DNA from: an uncultured bacterium
GTDB lineage: Bacteria > Krumholzibacteriota > Krumholzibacteriia > Krumholzibacteriales > Krumholzibacteriaceae
Direction of reading: 5' to 3'
Length of the DNA: 64,000 bases
Assembly: GCA_963813815.1 (NCBI GenBank)
Contig: CAWFAD010000009.1
Location: 1-64,000, forward strand
Part shown: piece after piece, positions 40,169-51,985 of the stretch
Numbering within the stretch: the stretch's first letter is position 1
How the letters are laid out: every line of letters begins with the position of its first letter
The notes under the pieces: generated by a model
The model's database searches: none
Told to the model about the DNA's origin: nothing
Seen by the model: the letters and a program-made list of their open reading frames with translations, nothing else
Translations under genes and position numbers: made by a program

Positions 40169-42418
40169 CTACCGGACGAGCGTGATCTTTTGCGTCAGCG
40201 CGAAATCCCCCGCCTCGAGGCGGCAGAAGTATAGACCGCTCGCGAGCCCGGTCGCCGTCCAGCGCACGACGTGTTCGCCCGCGGGCCGTATCTCGTCGAC
40301 GAGCACCGCCACGAGCCGCCCCGAAACGTCGAAGACGGAGATGCGGACTCTCCCGCTCTCGGGCAGCCAGTACGACACGCTCGTCGAAGGATTGAACGGG
40401 TTCGGCGACGCCGCGTTGAGACGGGGCTTGCGATCGCGATACCGGTCCTCCCTGTCGGGATTCCCGACGAAGACGACGCAGTCCCCGGCCTCGAACGCCG
40501 TGCCGTCGGCGAGCGAGCCGGTGAGCGTCAGCGCGCGCGTTTCGCCCCGAACGAGCGGTCCCGCCGCGGCGAGCGCGAGGGCGATCTCCTGATTGCTGAA
40601 CTTGAGCGAGAGATCGAGGTAGCCGTCGCCGCCGTCGGTCGTGCACGCGCACGGGGAGGCATCCGCGACCGGCCGCGAGACGTCCTCGTACTGCGCTTCC
40701 TTGTCGAGGGGCGCCACCCCCTCGAGACGCACCGTGGCGATATCGATGTCGCCCGCGTCGAAGCCCTCGCCCCCGAGTATCGCCACCGGCAGCACGCCGC
40801 CCTTCTTCGGGTTGTCGCCGGCCGCGAAATCGAGCGCGATCATGTTGAATGGATTGGGACAGGAGCCCGGACGGATGTCCATCCCGGCTTCGATGACGAG
40901 CGGCTCCCCGAGCGCCCAATGAACCTGCGTCTCGTCGCCGCCGACGCCGGTCCTGAAGAGGAGGCTGTCGGCTGCGTCGTAGAGGCAGGTCGCGAGATAC
41001 GTCTCTTCCCTCTCGCAATCGGCGTTGACCCACGCGATCGCGCCCGCGGGGACGTCGATGGGAGTCGCGAGCTCCGGCCGGCATTTGTCCACGACGACGC
41101 CCGCCGCGGGGCCGTACACGGGCGACTCTCTCCCGTCGATCCCGGTCATGGCGTTTCGATCGACGTCGTACCACGTTCCGTCGTAGAGACGCTGCGCGCT
41201 CGCGGCGTTCTCGAGCATTCCCGCGAGGCCGGCTCCGGCGACGAATCCGAAGCTCAGCTCGATCGACTCTCCGGGCCGGAGCCTCGGGAAGGGTCCCACG
41301 CTCATGAGCCCGCGGTAATCCCCCGGAGCGAGGAGGTTCCTGTCGATGCGCCCCGACGCCAGCACCTCGTAGCGCTGAAAATCGTTCGCGGGGTCCCCGC
41401 CGTTTTCGTACGGCTGAGTGCCGCTCATGACGCGGTAGGTTCGAACCTTCACCTGGGCGGGAGCCGAGATCCCGAGCGGATCGACGGTATGCCCGAGAAG
41501 CATGCAACCGAGATACCCCGGCGTCTTGCCGGCGTCTCCATCGGCGTCGTAACCGTACATGACGTTGAGCGACGCGGGGCCGATATCGGTGCACTTCGGC
41601 CCGAACCAGGAGCTGATGAGGTCATCCGTCCAGTAGTCGGCGGTGGTTCGCGCTCCCGCGTCGAAATCCGCGAAGAGCCCGAGGTACATCTGCTCGATCG
41701 CCACATCCCCCCTGTTGGTGATTTTCAGGGTGACCCCGACGAAATCGTCGAAGCGCGGATCGTCCCACTGGTAGCTCTCCTGCTCCACGACGATGCCGAG
41801 CGGTCTGTGCTGGGGATACAGCTGCGCGGACGCCGGCTCGTAATCGTTGTACCAGCTCGTGAACATCTGCTTCGAGATCGCGGCGAAATCCTCGTCGACG
41901 AAGCCGTCGCCGTCGTTGTCGCGCCCGTCGAGGCGATCCTCGTCGATCGATCCGTCGCGGTCGTCGTCCGCGCCGGGAAACGGAAAGCGGGCGCCGCCCG
42001 GGGCGCCGGCATACGTCCGATAGATGATGTCGATCGGATCGGCGGTCGGTCTGAGCTCCATCTCGAACAGGGAAGTCGATACGGATGGAACCCCGCCCAC
42101 GATCCCTCCGATCCAGACACCGGCCGCGTAGAGATACTCGACGCCGCTCCCCGCCGGCCACTCGGCCGATGGAGCGAACGAAAATGGAAACGTCGCCGAC
42201 GGCATCGAACCGAAGAGGCCCCAGTTGCTCATGTGCATCCGGAGCATCCCGGCGTCGTGAACGAAGCTCCCGTCGAGAACGAGCGCGCGAGCCGGATCGG
42301 CGAGGTCCTTGTCCGCGGGCTCGACGGCCGCCTCCCGCGCGAGCGCGCGGTCCGCCGCGACCTGAAGCATGACGATGAAAATGAGCGCGATGCCGAGAAT
42401 CAGCGTGCGTTTCTTCAT
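40169..42418 (-). CDS. Secreted protein with Ca-binding DxDxDG repeats and C-terminal FlgD-Ig/T9SS-like sorting domain
   Basis: Signal peptide; DDDRDG.IDED..DG.DNDGDG..DED; C-terminal PNPFNP...FDVSGRLV...SGLYFCRL...KITLVR. Confidence 0.8.
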   Translation of the reverse strand: MKKRTLILGIALIFIVMLQVAADRALAREAAVEPADKDLADPARALVLDGSFVHDAGMLRMHMSNWGLFGSMPSATFPFSFAPSAEWPAGSGVEYLYAAGVWIGGIVGGVPSVSTSLFEMELRPTADPIDIIYRTYAGAPGGARFPFPGADDDRDGSIDEDRLDGRDNDGDGFVDEDFAAISKQMFTSWYNDYEPASAQLYPQHRPLGIVVEQESYQWDDPRFDDFVGVTLKITNRGDVAIEQMYLGLFADFDAGARTTADYWTDDLISSWFGPKCTDIGPASLNVMYGYDADGDAGKTPGYLGCMLLGHTVDPLGISAPAQVKVRTYRVMSGTQPYENGGDPANDFQRYEVLASGRIDRNLLAPGDYRGLMSVGPFPRLRPGESIELSFGFVAGAGLAGMLENAASAQRLYDGTWYDVDRNAMTGIDGRESPVYGPAAGVVVDKCRPELATPIDVPAGAIAWVNADCEREETYLATCLYDAADSLLFRTGVGGDETQVHWALGEPLVIEAGMDIRPGSCPNPFNMIALDFAAGDNPKKGGVLPVAILGGEGFDAGDIDIATVRLEGVAPLDKEAQYEDVSRPVADASPCACTTDGGDGYLDLSLKFSNQEIALALAAAGPLVRGETRALTLTGSLADGTAFEAGDCVVFVGNPDREDRYRDRKPRLNAASPNPFNPSTSVSYWLPESGRVRISVFDVSGRLVAVLVDEIRPAGEHVVRWTATGLASGLYFCRLEAGDFALTQKITLVR

Positions 42419-42593
42419 ATCGATAGCCCCCCTTTTCCTCCAGACGGATCGACGGCCTCTATCTCGAATGCGACGAGGCGCCGCATTACATTATAGCAGA
42501 AGGGGAGGACGCGGTTTTGTGCGGGGGGGTCTCCTGCCTTCAATATGAAGATCGGAAAGGCCTCGCGGCAAGCGATTCCTCGGGCCGCCGCCG

Positions 42594-43646
42594 CTACTTC
42601 TCGAAGAGCTTCAGGTACTTTCCGTACCCCTCTTTTTCGAGATCTTCCCGGGGAATGAACCGGAGCGACGCGGAGTTGACGCAGTAGCGGAGATTCGTCG
42701 GCTTCGGCCCGTCCGGGAAAACGTGTCCGAGGTGCGAGTCGCCGGCGGCGCTCCGCACCTCGACGCGAGCCATGCCGTGGCTTGTGTCCGGCCGCTCGAC
42801 GACGCTCGCCGGCTCGATCGGCTTCGTGAAGCTCGGCCAGCCCGTGCCGCTGTCGAACTTGTCGCGCGAGCTGAAGAGCGGCTCTCCCGACACGGCGTCG
42901 ACGTAGATCCCCTCGCGGTGGTTGTCCCAGTAGGCGTTCGCGAAGGGCGTCTCGGTGCCGCAGAGCTGCGTCACCCGGTACTGCTCGGTGTCGACGCCGC
43001 GCGGCACGGTCGCGCCGTTCTTCCAGGCGTCCTTGATGAACCGGTCGCGCCCCGAGCCCTCGCGGTAGAGACGGTAGTTGACCGAGCACGTCCGGTGGTA
43101 GTCCTGATGGTACTCTTCCGCCTCGAAGAACTCTTCCGCGGGACGGATGGCGGTCACGATCGGCCGGTCGAAAATTCCCGAGGCCTCGAGGGCGGCTTTC
43201 GAGCGCGCGGCGAGACGCTTCTGCTCCTCGTCGTGATAGAAGATGACGCTTCGATACTGCGGACCGCGGTCGGCGAACTGTCCGAGCGCGTCCGTGGGAT
43301 CGACGTGCTTCCAGTACACCTCGAGCAGGTCCTCGTAGCTCGCCTTCGACGGATCGTAGTGAACCTGCACCGCCTCCACGTGCCCCGTCGTCCCGGCGCA
43401 CACCTGCTGGTAGGTCGGCCGCGGCACGCTGCCGCCGGTATATCCCGAAACAGCCTTGACGACGCCGGGAACCTTGTCGAACTCGGCCTCCGTGCACCAG
43501 AAGCAGCCTCCGGCGAACGTGGCGACCTTCTCGGCAATTGCAGCATCGGCCATATTCGAACGTCCTCCTCCCCATCCCGTCGCCGCGTGGGCGCCGAGGA
43601 CGGCGAATGCGATCATGAGAGCCCGTCGTATCGAGATTCGCGCCAT
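42594..43646 (-). CDS. msrAB: Bifunctional peptide-methionine sulfoxide reductase MsrA/MsrB with export signal
   Basis: [16 protein letters not shown] (MsrA); GWPSF, HLGHVF.DGP, RYCVNS (MsrB); GGGGAGG RBS. Confidence 0.93.
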   Translation of the reverse strand: MARISIRRALMIAFAVLGAHAATGWGGGRSNMADAAIAEKVATFAGGCFWCTEAEFDKVPGVVKAVSGYTGGSVPRPTYQQVCAGTTGHVEAVQVHYDPSKASYEDLLEVYWKHVDPTDALGQFADRGPQYRSVIFYHDEEQKRLAARSKAALEASGIFDRPIVTAIRPAEEFFEAEEYHQDYHRTCSVNYRLYREGSGRDRFIKDAWKNGATVPRGVDTEQYRVTQLCGTETPFANAYWDNHREGIYVDAVSGEPLFSSRDKFDSGTGWPSFTKPIEPASVVERPDTSHGMARVEVRSAAGDSHLGHVFPDGPKPTNLRYCVNSASLRFIPREDLEKEGYGKYLKLFEK

Positions 43647-43678
43647 AGCGTACCTCCCCGCTCCGGCATCCATGGCGG

Positions 43679-44920
43679 CTAGATCATCCTCCTCAGACGA
43701 ACGGCCATCTCGCTCTCCTCCTCGCCGCGTTTCACGGTGAGGCGCACGGTCTCTCCGTCCCGCTGGAGGTAATCCCGAAGGCCGTCCTTCGTGTAGGACG
43801 CCGGCGGGCGGCCGTCGATCGCCGTTACGAGGTCGCCCTCTTTGACGCCCGCCTCGGCGGCCGGCGAGCCCTCGTAGATCGCAAAGACCCTGTACGCGTC
43901 GAACCGCTCGCCCTCCATGACGAAGCGTATGCCGCACATGTCGAACTCGAAGGGAGCTGCGAAGGCGCCGTTTTTCTCGAGAACGATCTGCGATCTCTTG
44001 TAGTCGAGCACGAGGGTGAACCGGCTCAATATGTCGGCGCCGATGATTCCCGAAAAATCGGGAGACGCGAGCACCCCCGTCGTGTCGGTCGAGAAATCGA
44101 CGACGGGATTCTCGATGCGCTGAGAGCCGATACGGATCTCCTTCACGCGGCCGATGACGCCGCGGCTGAGGCCGCCGAGGCCGAACCCCGTCACACCCGT
44201 CACGGTCGCCGGGCTTTGGCCCGCGAGCCCGTGCTCCTTCGAGAATGGAGTGTTGAAGAGGGTCATCCGGACGCCCGTGTCGAGCATCATGAAAGCGCTC
44301 ACGGGCTCGTCCGCGCCGTACGGCACGAGCCCCACCTCGAGAAAGAGGTAACCGCCCATCACCTGCACGGGGATTCGCTCGCCGGGTCCCTCGTACTCGT
44401 AGGACGTGGCGTCGTGGAACGCGAGCTTCGCGCGCTCGTAATCGATCACCGTCACGAGCGTCGAGAGCAGGTCTCCGCCGACGAGTCCGTCCTTGCGCTT
44501 TCCCCAATGGGGGTCCATCCGGTGGAGCGGAATGCCCGCGACGATGCGCGGATCGAAGGCGAGCCCCTCGAGCGCGACGGCGGCGGAATCGACCCGGAAG
44601 ATGTCGACCGCGTCCTCTCCCGCGCCGCCCCCCTTCATGAGGAGCGACTGGCGCAGCCCGATGAGAGAGGCGACCGAGTAATCGAGCGCGGAGAGCGCCC
44701 CCGCCCCCGTGTCGAGCACGAACGTGAAGGGGCCGACCCCGTTGACCGAGGCCGGCAGGTACACGATCCGGTCGAAAAGCTCCATGCCGGCGACCTCGAC
44801 GCTCTTCCCGCGCTCGAACCGCGGGACGGCCGCGGGCTGTTCGAGCTGGGCCCGCGCGGACGCGCCGCACAGGATGACGGAGAGACAGATGACGCACACA
44901 AACGCTGCCGCCGACTTCAT
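43679..44920 (-). CDS. Secreted retropepsin-like aspartyl protease with C-terminal PDZ domain
   Basis: Two LDTG motifs with paired G..G.D motifs; GSPAAEAG...GD....IDG. Confidence 0.88.
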   Translation of the reverse strand: MKSAAAFVCVICLSVILCGASARAQLEQPAAVPRFERGKSVEVAGMELFDRIVYLPASVNGVGPFTFVLDTGAGALSALDYSVASLIGLRQSLLMKGGGAGEDAVDIFRVDSAAVALEGLAFDPRIVAGIPLHRMDPHWGKRKDGLVGGDLLSTLVTVIDYERAKLAFHDATSYEYEGPGERIPVQVMGGYLFLEVGLVPYGADEPVSAFMMLDTGVRMTLFNTPFSKEHGLAGQSPATVTGVTGFGLGGLSRGVIGRVKEIRIGSQRIENPVVDFSTDTTGVLASPDFSGIIGADILSRFTLVLDYKRSQIVLEKNGAFAAPFEFDMCGIRFVMEGERFDAYRVFAIYEGSPAAEAGVKEGDLVTAIDGRPPASYTKDGLRDYLQRDGETVRLTVKRGEEESEMAVRLRRMI

Positions 44921-45066
44921 GAGACGCCCTCCTTCGAACCCGAGTTCCCCGCGACCAGCCGAAACCAGAAACTTTTCGCCTGGACATGCATATGAATAAT
45001 AGAGAATTTATGGTACCTTGTGAATCTGTTTCAAACGCGCCACGACGAACGATTGGAACGTAATCT

Positions 45067-46260
45067 ATGAAAAGACCCGTCGTTATCATCCCGCTCGTCA
45101 TCCTCGCCGCCGCGCTCGCCGTGCGCATCGGCTTCTTTCTGGCCAAGGGCTCCGGGGACGCGGGGAGAGGCGAGCTTCCTCCCGTGGCGGTCGAGGTGGA
45201 CAGCGTCCGTTTCGGGCCCATCGAAGAGGTCCGCGAGTTCACCGGGTCCGTCTTTCCCTACAACCAATATATCGTCGCGCCGAAGGTGTCCGGGCGCCTC
45301 GTCGAGATCCGCAAGCGCATCGGCGATAGAGTTCGCGCGGGCGAGCTCATCGCCCGCATCGACGACGCCGAGTTCCTGCAGGCTCTCCGGGAGGCCGAGG
45401 CGAACCTCAAGATCGCGGTGGCCTCGGTCGCCGAGGCCGAGAGCCAGCTCGAGCTCGCGAGGGATCAGAAGGAGCGGATGGAATCGCTCAGCGAGAAGGA
45501 CCTCGCCTCCTCCGCCGAGCTCGACGCGGCGCTCACCGATTTCGCGGCGAAGCGGTCGCGCCACGAGCTCTCCCGCGCGCAGGTGGAGCAGCGCGAGGCG
45601 GCGCGCGAGGCGGCGCGCATCCGTCTCGGGTACACGAGGCTCTCCGCGACGCGGGCCGGATACGTCGGCGAGAGGTTCGTCGACGAAGGGGCGCTCCTCG
45701 CTCCGAACGCCGCCATCGTTTCCGTCATCGAGATCGGCTCGGTGATCGTGCGGACCGCCGTCACCGAGCGGGATTACCGCCTCGTGAAACCGGGGCAGAC
45801 CGCGGAGGTGCTCGTCGAAGCTCTTCCCGAGCGGACCTTTGCGGGGCGCGTCTCCCGCATAGCTCCGATGCTCCGGGAGACCTCCCGCATGGCCGAGCTC
45901 GAGGTGGAGGTCCCGAACGCCGGGCTCCTCCTCAAACCGGGCATGTTCGCGCGGATTCGAGTCATGATCGCCTCGCGCGACAGGGCGCAGGTCGTCCCGA
46001 GCCGGTCCGTCGTGAGCACCGCCGCGGGAACCGGGCTCTTCGTCGTTCGCGACGGCGAGAGCGTGGCCCGCTTCGTTCCGGCCGAGATCGGAATCGCGAC
46101 GCCGGATCTCGTCGAGGTCGTCTCCCCCGTGCTCGACGGGCGCGTGGTCACCCTCGGGCAGCACCTCCTCGCCGACGGCAGCCCCGTGCTGCTCCCCGGA
46201 GGCTCGCCGGCCGGCGCGGGAGCCCCCGATGCGCCGGAGGGCGAGAAGGCGGGCCGATGA
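45067..46260 (+). CDS. RND efflux periplasmic adaptor (MFP)
   Basis: APKVSG, GDRV..G..IA.ID, LKPGMFA motifs. Confidence 0.92.
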   Translation: MKRPVVIIPLVILAAALAVRIGFFLAKGSGDAGRGELPPVAVEVDSVRFGPIEEVREFTGSVFPYNQYIVAPKVSGRLVEIRKRIGDRVRAGELIARIDDAEFLQALREAEANLKIAVASVAEAESQLELARDQKERMESLSEKDLASSAELDAALTDFAAKRSRHELSRAQVEQREAAREAARIRLGYTRLSATRAGYVGERFVDEGALLAPNAAIVSVIEIGSVIVRTAVTERDYRLVKPGQTAEVLVEALPERTFAGRVSRIAPMLRETSRMAELEVEVPNAGLLLKPGMFARIRVMIASRDRAQVVPSRSVVSTAAGTGLFVVRDGESVARFVPAEIGIATPDLVEVVSPVLDGRVVTLGQHLLADGSPVLLPGGSPAGAGAPDAPEGEKAGR

Positions 46261-49200
46261 ACCTCGCGCGGGGACCGATCGAGCGTCCCATCCTCACGGC
46301 GATCATCTACCTCGTCGTCATCACGCTCGGCATCGTTTCGTGGAGCCGCCTCTCGATCGACCTCATGCCCGAGGTCACCTACCCCACGATCTCCGTCATC
46401 ACGAGCTACGGCAACGTCGGCCCCGAGGAGATGGAGGAGTCGGTCACCCGGCCGATCGAGGAAGCGCTCGCGGCGGTGCAAGGAGTGGAGGAGATCACGT
46501 CGGTCTCCACCGAGGGAACGAGCCAGGTGCGGGTCTCCTTCTCGTGGGGAACCGACCTCGACGTCGCGGCGAACGACATCCGCGACCGCATCGACCGCGT
46601 GCTCGGGCAGCTCCCCGAGGACATCACGCGCCCGATGATCCGCAAGTTCGACCTCTCAGCGTTTCCGATCATGATGATCGGGCTCTCGGGCGATTTGAAC
46701 CCCCTCGACCTGCGGCGCATCGCCGAGGATCAGGTGAAATACCGCCTCGAGCGCGTGCCCGGGGTGGCCTCCGTCGACATACGGGGCGGCCTCTACCGCG
46801 AGATCCACGTCAACCTGCGCGCCGCCAAGCTCAAGGCGATCGGCATTTCGACGGAAGCGGTCCTCGCCGCGCTCCGGAACGAAAACCGCAACGTCCCGGC
46901 CGGGCTCTACGAGCAGGGGAACCTCGAGGTCCTCGTGCGGACGCAGGGCGAGTACCGCGATCTCGACGAGATCCGCAACACGGTCGTCGCCATGCGCGGG
47001 GGCTCGCCGGTCCGCGTCGGGGACATCGCGAGCGTCGAGGACTCATGGGAGGAGGTCCGCCAGATCGTCCGCATCGACGGACGCCCGGGGCTTCGCGTGT
47101 CGGTGAGCAAGCAGTCCGGAGCCAACACGGTCGCCGTCGCCGAGGGCGTGCGCGCCGAGATCGCCCGCATCAACCGCGACATCCCGCAGCTCGAACTCAC
47201 CCCCCTCATGGACAGCTCGACGTACATCGAGCGATCGATCGGCAACACGGGCCTGACGCTCCTTCTCGGCGGAGCGCTCGCGATTCTCATACTCTTTCTC
47301 TTTCTCCGCAACGTGTCGAGCACGCTCATCATATCGACCGCCATTCCCATCTCGATCATCGCCACCTTCGCTCTCATGTACTTCGGCGGCTTCACGCTCA
47401 ACATCATCACCTTCGGCGGCCTCGCGCTCGGCATCGGCATGCTCGTCGACAACGCGATCGTCGTGCTCGAGAACATCTACCGGCACCGCGAGGCGGGCGC
47501 CTCGCCCGTTCAGAGCGCGATGGACGGCACGGCCGAGGTCTGGTCGGCCATCCTCGCGAGCACGCTGACGACGCTCGTCGTCTTTTTTCCCGTCGTCTTC
47601 ATCCGCGGCATGTCGGGGATCATGTTTCAACAGATGGCGCTCGTCGTGAGCTTTTCGCTCCTCTGCTCGCTCATCGTGGCGCTCACGCTCGTCCCGATGC
47701 TCGCCTCCCGCTTTCTCCGGTTCCAGAGCGCCGAGCACTACCGGAACGAGAGCCGCCTCCACCGCGTCTACGCGCGGAGCGAGGAGACGTTCCGCCGCGT
47801 CGAGGAGCTCTACTCGCGGCTCCTCACCTGGGCGCTCGGACGCAAGCGCCTCGTGGTGTTCGCCATGTTCGGCCTCTTCGCGCTCTCCCTCGTGCTCATC
47901 CGGTTCGTCGGCGTCGAGCTCATGCCCGCGGCGGACGAGGGCGAGGTGCGCGTCAGCCTCGAGATGGCGGTCGGCACCAAGCTCGCGCTCATGGACGAGA
48001 CGACGCGCGCGGTCGAGGATATCATCCGGGAGAAGGTGCCCGAGATGACCTCCATCGTTTCCTTCGCCGGAAGCGGCGGGTGGGGCGCCTCGGGGGGCCA
48101 CACGGCCGAGATCCGCATGAGCCTCGCGCCGCGCGGCGAGCGGAGGCGCAGCAGCGAGCAGGTGGCGAACGATCTGCGGCGCGCGCTCGCCGGTCTACCC
48201 GGGGTCACGGTCCGCACGAGGGCGGGGCAGGGGCTCTTCATCCTCCGCATGGGCGCCCAGTCGCAAACCGCGCTCACGCTCGAGGTCCGCGGCTACGACC
48301 TCGAGACGGCGCACGCGCTCGCGCGGCGGGTGAACGAGGTCGTCGGCGGCGTCCGGGGCATCACCGATACGCGGATCAGCCGCGAGGAGGGAAACCCCGA
48401 GCGCACCGTGCGGATCAATCGCGCCAAGGCCGCCGATCTCGGGCTCGGCGTCTCGCGCGTCGGCGACGCCCTCGAGACGGCCGTCGGCGGCACCCGCGCC
48501 TCCATCTTCCGCGAGGGCGGCAAGCAGTACAACATCCTGCTGCGGCTCGCCGAGGAAGACCGCAAGAGCCTCGGCGACATTCTCGATCTCACCGTCGTCA
48601 ACAGCCGCGGCGAGCCCGTCGTGCTCCGCAACGTCGTCGAGGCCGAGCAGGACGAGGGTCCCGTCCGGATCGAGCGAAAGGACCAGGAGCGCATCATCAC
48701 GATCGAGGCGAACTACACCGGCCGCGACATGGGCTCGATCATCCGCGACGTTCGGCGCGAGCTGCGCGCGGTGCCGGTGCCGAAGGATTTCGCGGTTCTT
48801 TTCGGCGGCGACTACGAAGAGCAGCAGAAGGCCTTCCGCGAGCTCCTCACCGGCCTCGTGCTCGCCATTTTCCTCGTCTACATGGTCATGGCGGGACAAT
48901 TCGAGTCGTGGCGCGACCCGCTCGTCGTGCTCTTCTCGATACCGATGGCGGTCATCGGCGTCACGATCGTCATGATACTCACCGGCACCATCTTCAGCAT
49001 GCAGGCCTTCATCGGGTGCATCATGCTCGCCGGCATCGTCGTCAACAACGCGATCCTGCTCGTCGACTACACGAACCGGCTCCGCCGCATCGACGGGATG
49101 GAGCTCGACGAGGCGATACGCACGGCCGGATCGCGGCGCCTCCGCCCCATCCTCATGACCACCCTCACGACGGTTCTCGGCCTTCTCCCCCTCTCCTTCG

Positions 49201-49352
49201 GCCTCGGCGAGGGAGGCGAGGCGCAGGCGCCTCTCGCCCGCGTCGTGATCGGAGGGCTTCTCAGCTCCTCGCTCATCACCCTCGTGCTCGTGCCCGTCGT
49301 GTACGCGGTTTTCGAGAAGAGACTCAAGCGGAAATCGAACGTCGGATCGTAA
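46257..49352 (+). CDS. RND efflux transporter permease
   Basis: 1031 aa; [34 protein letters not shown]. Confidence 0.95.
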   Translation: MNLARGPIERPILTAIIYLVVITLGIVSWSRLSIDLMPEVTYPTISVITSYGNVGPEEMEESVTRPIEEALAAVQGVEEITSVSTEGTSQVRVSFSWGTDLDVAANDIRDRIDRVLGQLPEDITRPMIRKFDLSAFPIMMIGLSGDLNPLDLRRIAEDQVKYRLERVPGVASVDIRGGLYREIHVNLRAAKLKAIGISTEAVLAALRNENRNVPAGLYEQGNLEVLVRTQGEYRDLDEIRNTVVAMRGGSPVRVGDIASVEDSWEEVRQIVRIDGRPGLRVSVSKQSGANTVAVAEGVRAEIARINRDIPQLELTPLMDSSTYIERSIGNTGLTLLLGGALAILILFLFLRNVSSTLIISTAIPISIIATFALMYFGGFTLNIITFGGLALGIGMLVDNAIVVLENIYRHREAGASPVQSAMDGTAEVWSAILASTLTTLVVFFPVVFIRGMSGIMFQQMALVVSFSLLCSLIVALTLVPMLASRFLRFQSAEHYRNESRLHRVYARSEETFRRVEELYSRLLTWALGRKRLVVFAMFGLFALSLVLIRFVGVELMPAADEGEVRVSLEMAVGTKLALMDETTRAVEDIIREKVPEMTSIVSFAGSGGWGASGGHTAEIRMSLAPRGERRRSSEQVANDLRRALAGLPGVTVRTRAGQGLFILRMGAQSQTALTLEVRGYDLETAHALARRVNEVVGGVRGITDTRISREEGNPERTVRINRAKAADLGLGVSRVGDALETAVGGTRASIFREGGKQYNILLRLAEEDRKSLGDILDLTVVNSRGEPVVLRNVVEAEQDEGPVRIERKDQERIITIEANYTGRDMGSIIRDVRRELRAVPVPKDFAVLFGGDYEEQQKAFRELLTGLVLAIFLVYMVMAGQFESWRDPLVVLFSIPMAVIGVTIVMILTGTIFSMQAFIGCIMLAGIVVNNAILLVDYTNRLRRIDGMELDEAIRTAGSRRLRPILMTTLTTVLGLLPLSFGLGEGGEAQAPLARVVIGGLLSSSLITLVLVPVVYAVFEKRLKRKSNVGS

Positions 49353-49369
49353 GTCGGCGCCGCCGGGCC

Positions 49370-50608
49370 CTACGGTTGCCGGTATACCCGCCAGAGGAGC
49401 GCCGCGTTTTCGTCGCCGTCCGTAAAGAGACGAATGGCGTTCTCTCCGACCTTCACGAGCCCGTCGCGCAGCCGCACCGTCCGCGGGGCGAAGCCGGCCG
49501 AGTCATACGGAGCGCGCCGGTACTCGAACGCGAGCTCCCCGTTGATCCACGCCGCGGCCGTGTCGACGACGGCCGGAAGGGGCCACTCGAAGGGCGGCGG
49601 CGCGACGTCGAGATAGTACGAATACACGACCGTCAGAAGCGACGGCGGACTGACGAAGGTCGCGTTGAGCTCGAAGCTCGTGACGGTTGCCGGCCCCACG
49701 AGAACCGGCCCGAAGAGAACCTCGGGAACGGGCGCCAGAATCGGGAAGAGCCCGAAATGCGCGCTCACGTAGTTCTGAACGACGCCGTCGCGCTCGACGA
49801 GGGTGACGAGCAGCGGATTGGCGGTCGTCACCTCCCAGACGTCCTCGCGGGCGGCGACCATGACCTTGTACACTCCCGCCGCGAGCCCCCCGAAACGGTA
49901 CCGGCCGAGCGAGTCCGTCCGCGAGAGAAGCATGACCGTACCGGTCGAGAGGGGCTGCTCGATGGCGACCGTGATGCCCGGGATGCCCGGCTCCTGCACG
50001 CCGTCGCAGCGATCGAACTCGCCGTCTCGATCGGCGTCGAGATACACGATCCCGTAGATCGTACCCTCCCCCTCGGCGGGCCCGACGTCGATCCGGTATC
50101 CGATGGCGAACGACCGCGCCGTGACCGTGTGGAACTTCATCGCGACCGGAGCCGTGCGCTCCTCGGGCGAGAAGAGATCGTCATCGCCGAGCGCGTCGCT
50201 GAAATCGTAGAACGGAAATCCGTCGGGCGAGCTTCCGTCGGGCCGGACGACCGCGATGTCCGCCGGCGCGACGCTCGTGATGACGAAACGAATCGGCGCC
50301 GGAATGACGACGAGGCTCCTGTTCACGAGCTCGACGTCGAACGAAACGATCCCCGTCTCCTCGTCGAACGCGAGGTCCTTCGCCCAGATTTCGATGCGCC
50401 CGGGCGTCAGCTCGGCGTTCGACACCGAACCGAGGAGAAAATCGCCCGGCGTCTCGGGATCGATCGCGCCGGTTCCGGAGAGGTCGCCCACGATCTCGTC
50501 GTAGAGGATCGACGACTCCTGATCGCATGAGAGCGTAAAGACCAGCGTCGCCGAAAGCAGCAGGAGAACGATGAGCGAGGCGATGGAGAAACGATTGTGA
50601 CGCGCCAT
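49370..50608 (-). CDS. Hypothetical lipoprotein with SdrD-B/Cna-B-like domain
   Basis: Lipobox TLSC; GIVYLDADRDG...EPGIPG..V...TDSLGRYRF..L..G.Y. Confidence 0.7.
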   Translation of the reverse strand: MARHNRFSIASLIVLLLLSATLVFTLSCDQESSILYDEIVGDLSGTGAIDPETPGDFLLGSVSNAELTPGRIEIWAKDLAFDEETGIVSFDVELVNRSLVVIPAPIRFVITSVAPADIAVVRPDGSSPDGFPFYDFSDALGDDDLFSPEERTAPVAMKFHTVTARSFAIGYRIDVGPAEGEGTIYGIVYLDADRDGEFDRCDGVQEPGIPGITVAIEQPLSTGTVMLLSRTDSLGRYRFGGLAAGVYKVMVAAREDVWEVTTANPLLVTLVERDGVVQNYVSAHFGLFPILAPVPEVLFGPVLVGPATVTSFELNATFVSPPSLLTVVYSYYLDVAPPPFEWPLPAVVDTAAAWINGELAFEYRRAPYDSAGFAPRTVRLRDGLVKVGENAIRLFTDGDENAALLWRVYRQP

Positions 50609-50752
50609 GGCTGGCACCTCCGGAACGGCGGGTTTTCTCGAGGAGTCTCTCCATAAACATAGCACGAGCGCCGGCGGATTCAAAGAGGCTCTGCCGCCCG
50701 CCGCGTCCGCGTTCTTGACCGGGGCGGCCGATTCGGGTATACCAAAGGCGCC

Positions 50753-51922
50753 ATGAGCGGCAAACGCGCGATCTTCCAGAACCTTCTCCTCTTCTTCGGC
50801 GGGCTCGCCGCGGCCGTGCTCCTCTGCGAGGCGGCGCTCCGGATCGCGGATTTCTCCTCCCCGCATTTCTACACGTTCGACGACACCGTTGGCCATCGCC
50901 TGCTCCCCGGCGCCCGCGGGTGGTACCGCGGGGAGGGACACGCGCTCGTCGAGATAAACGGCGACGGTCTCCGCGACCGGGAGCACGCGATCGCGAAGCC
51001 TCCGAACACGCTCCGGATCGCCGTGCTCGGCGATTCCTTCGCCGAGGCGCTGCAGGTCTCGCGCGAGGAGGCCTTCTGGGCGGTCATGGAGCGGCGGCTC
51101 GATTCCTGCATGGCGACCCGCGGCGCGCGCGTCGAGGCGTTGAACTTCGGCGTGTCGGGCTACGGGACGACCGAGGAGCTTCTCACGCTCCGCGACCGGG
51201 TCTGGAAATACGACCCCGACATCGTGCTTCTCGCCTTTCTCACGGCGAACGACGTGCAGGATAACTCGAAGCGCCTCCAGCCTCCGGGCTACCCCCGCCC
51301 CTACTTCGTCGCGAGCGGCGACTCGCTCGCGCTCGACCTGTCGTTTCGAGACGACCCGGCCTACCGGCGAAAATCGGGAGCGCTCTGGCCCGTTCGTCTC
51401 GCCCTCATGCGCTGGTCGCGGACGTATCAGCTTCTCGTCCGCGTCCTGAAGCGCGCCAAGGCCCCGAACCGCGCGCCTTCCGGAGTCGCCGGCGACGAGC
51501 CCGGGCTCGAGATCGCCGTCTACGCGGAGCCCTCGACCGGCGAATGGCGCGAGGCGTGGGCGATAACGGAGGGCGTTCTGAAATCGATGCGGGACGAGGC
51601 CGCCTCGCACGGCGCTCGGCTCGTCGTCGCCACGCTCTCGAACGGCATCCAGGTTCATCCCGACGCCGAGGCCCGGCGACGGTTCATGGAGCGTTACGGG
51701 CTCGAGGAGCTCTTCTACCCCGACGAGCGGATCGCGCGGTTCTGCGAGGCGCAAGGGATCGAGGTCGTCACGCTCGCGCCGCCCCTCCGGCGGTACGCCG
51801 AGGAGCGCGGAGCGTTTCTGCACGGTTTCGAGGGCCATCCGCCGGGCACGGGCCACTGGAACGTCGAGGGGCACCGGGCCGCGGGAACGTTCATCGCCGA
51901 TTATCTCTGTCGGGCCGAATAA
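50753..51922 (+). CDS. SGNH/GDSL hydrolase family protein
   Basis: LGDSF, NFGVSGY, AND, GHWN..GH blocks. Confidence 0.88.
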   Translation: MSGKRAIFQNLLLFFGGLAAAVLLCEAALRIADFSSPHFYTFDDTVGHRLLPGARGWYRGEGHALVEINGDGLRDREHAIAKPPNTLRIAVLGDSFAEALQVSREEAFWAVMERRLDSCMATRGARVEALNFGVSGYGTTEELLTLRDRVWKYDPDIVLLAFLTANDVQDNSKRLQPPGYPRPYFVASGDSLALDLSFRDDPAYRRKSGALWPVRLALMRWSRTYQLLVRVLKRAKAPNRAPSGVAGDEPGLEIAVYAEPSTGEWREAWAITEGVLKSMRDEAASHGARLVVATLSNGIQVHPDAEARRRFMERYGLEELFYPDERIARFCEAQGIEVVTLAPPLRRYAEERGAFLHGFEGHPPGTGHWNVEGHRAAGTFIADYLCRAE

Positions 51923-51985
51923 GCGGGCGTTCGCCCCTGTAATCCGCTAGTATAGAGACGTCATTCGCCAACAAAGGAGGCTGCT

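Noticed and set aside
45067..49352. Second RND locus lacking its own TolC
   Set aside because: Common arrangement; the outer membrane channel is often shared
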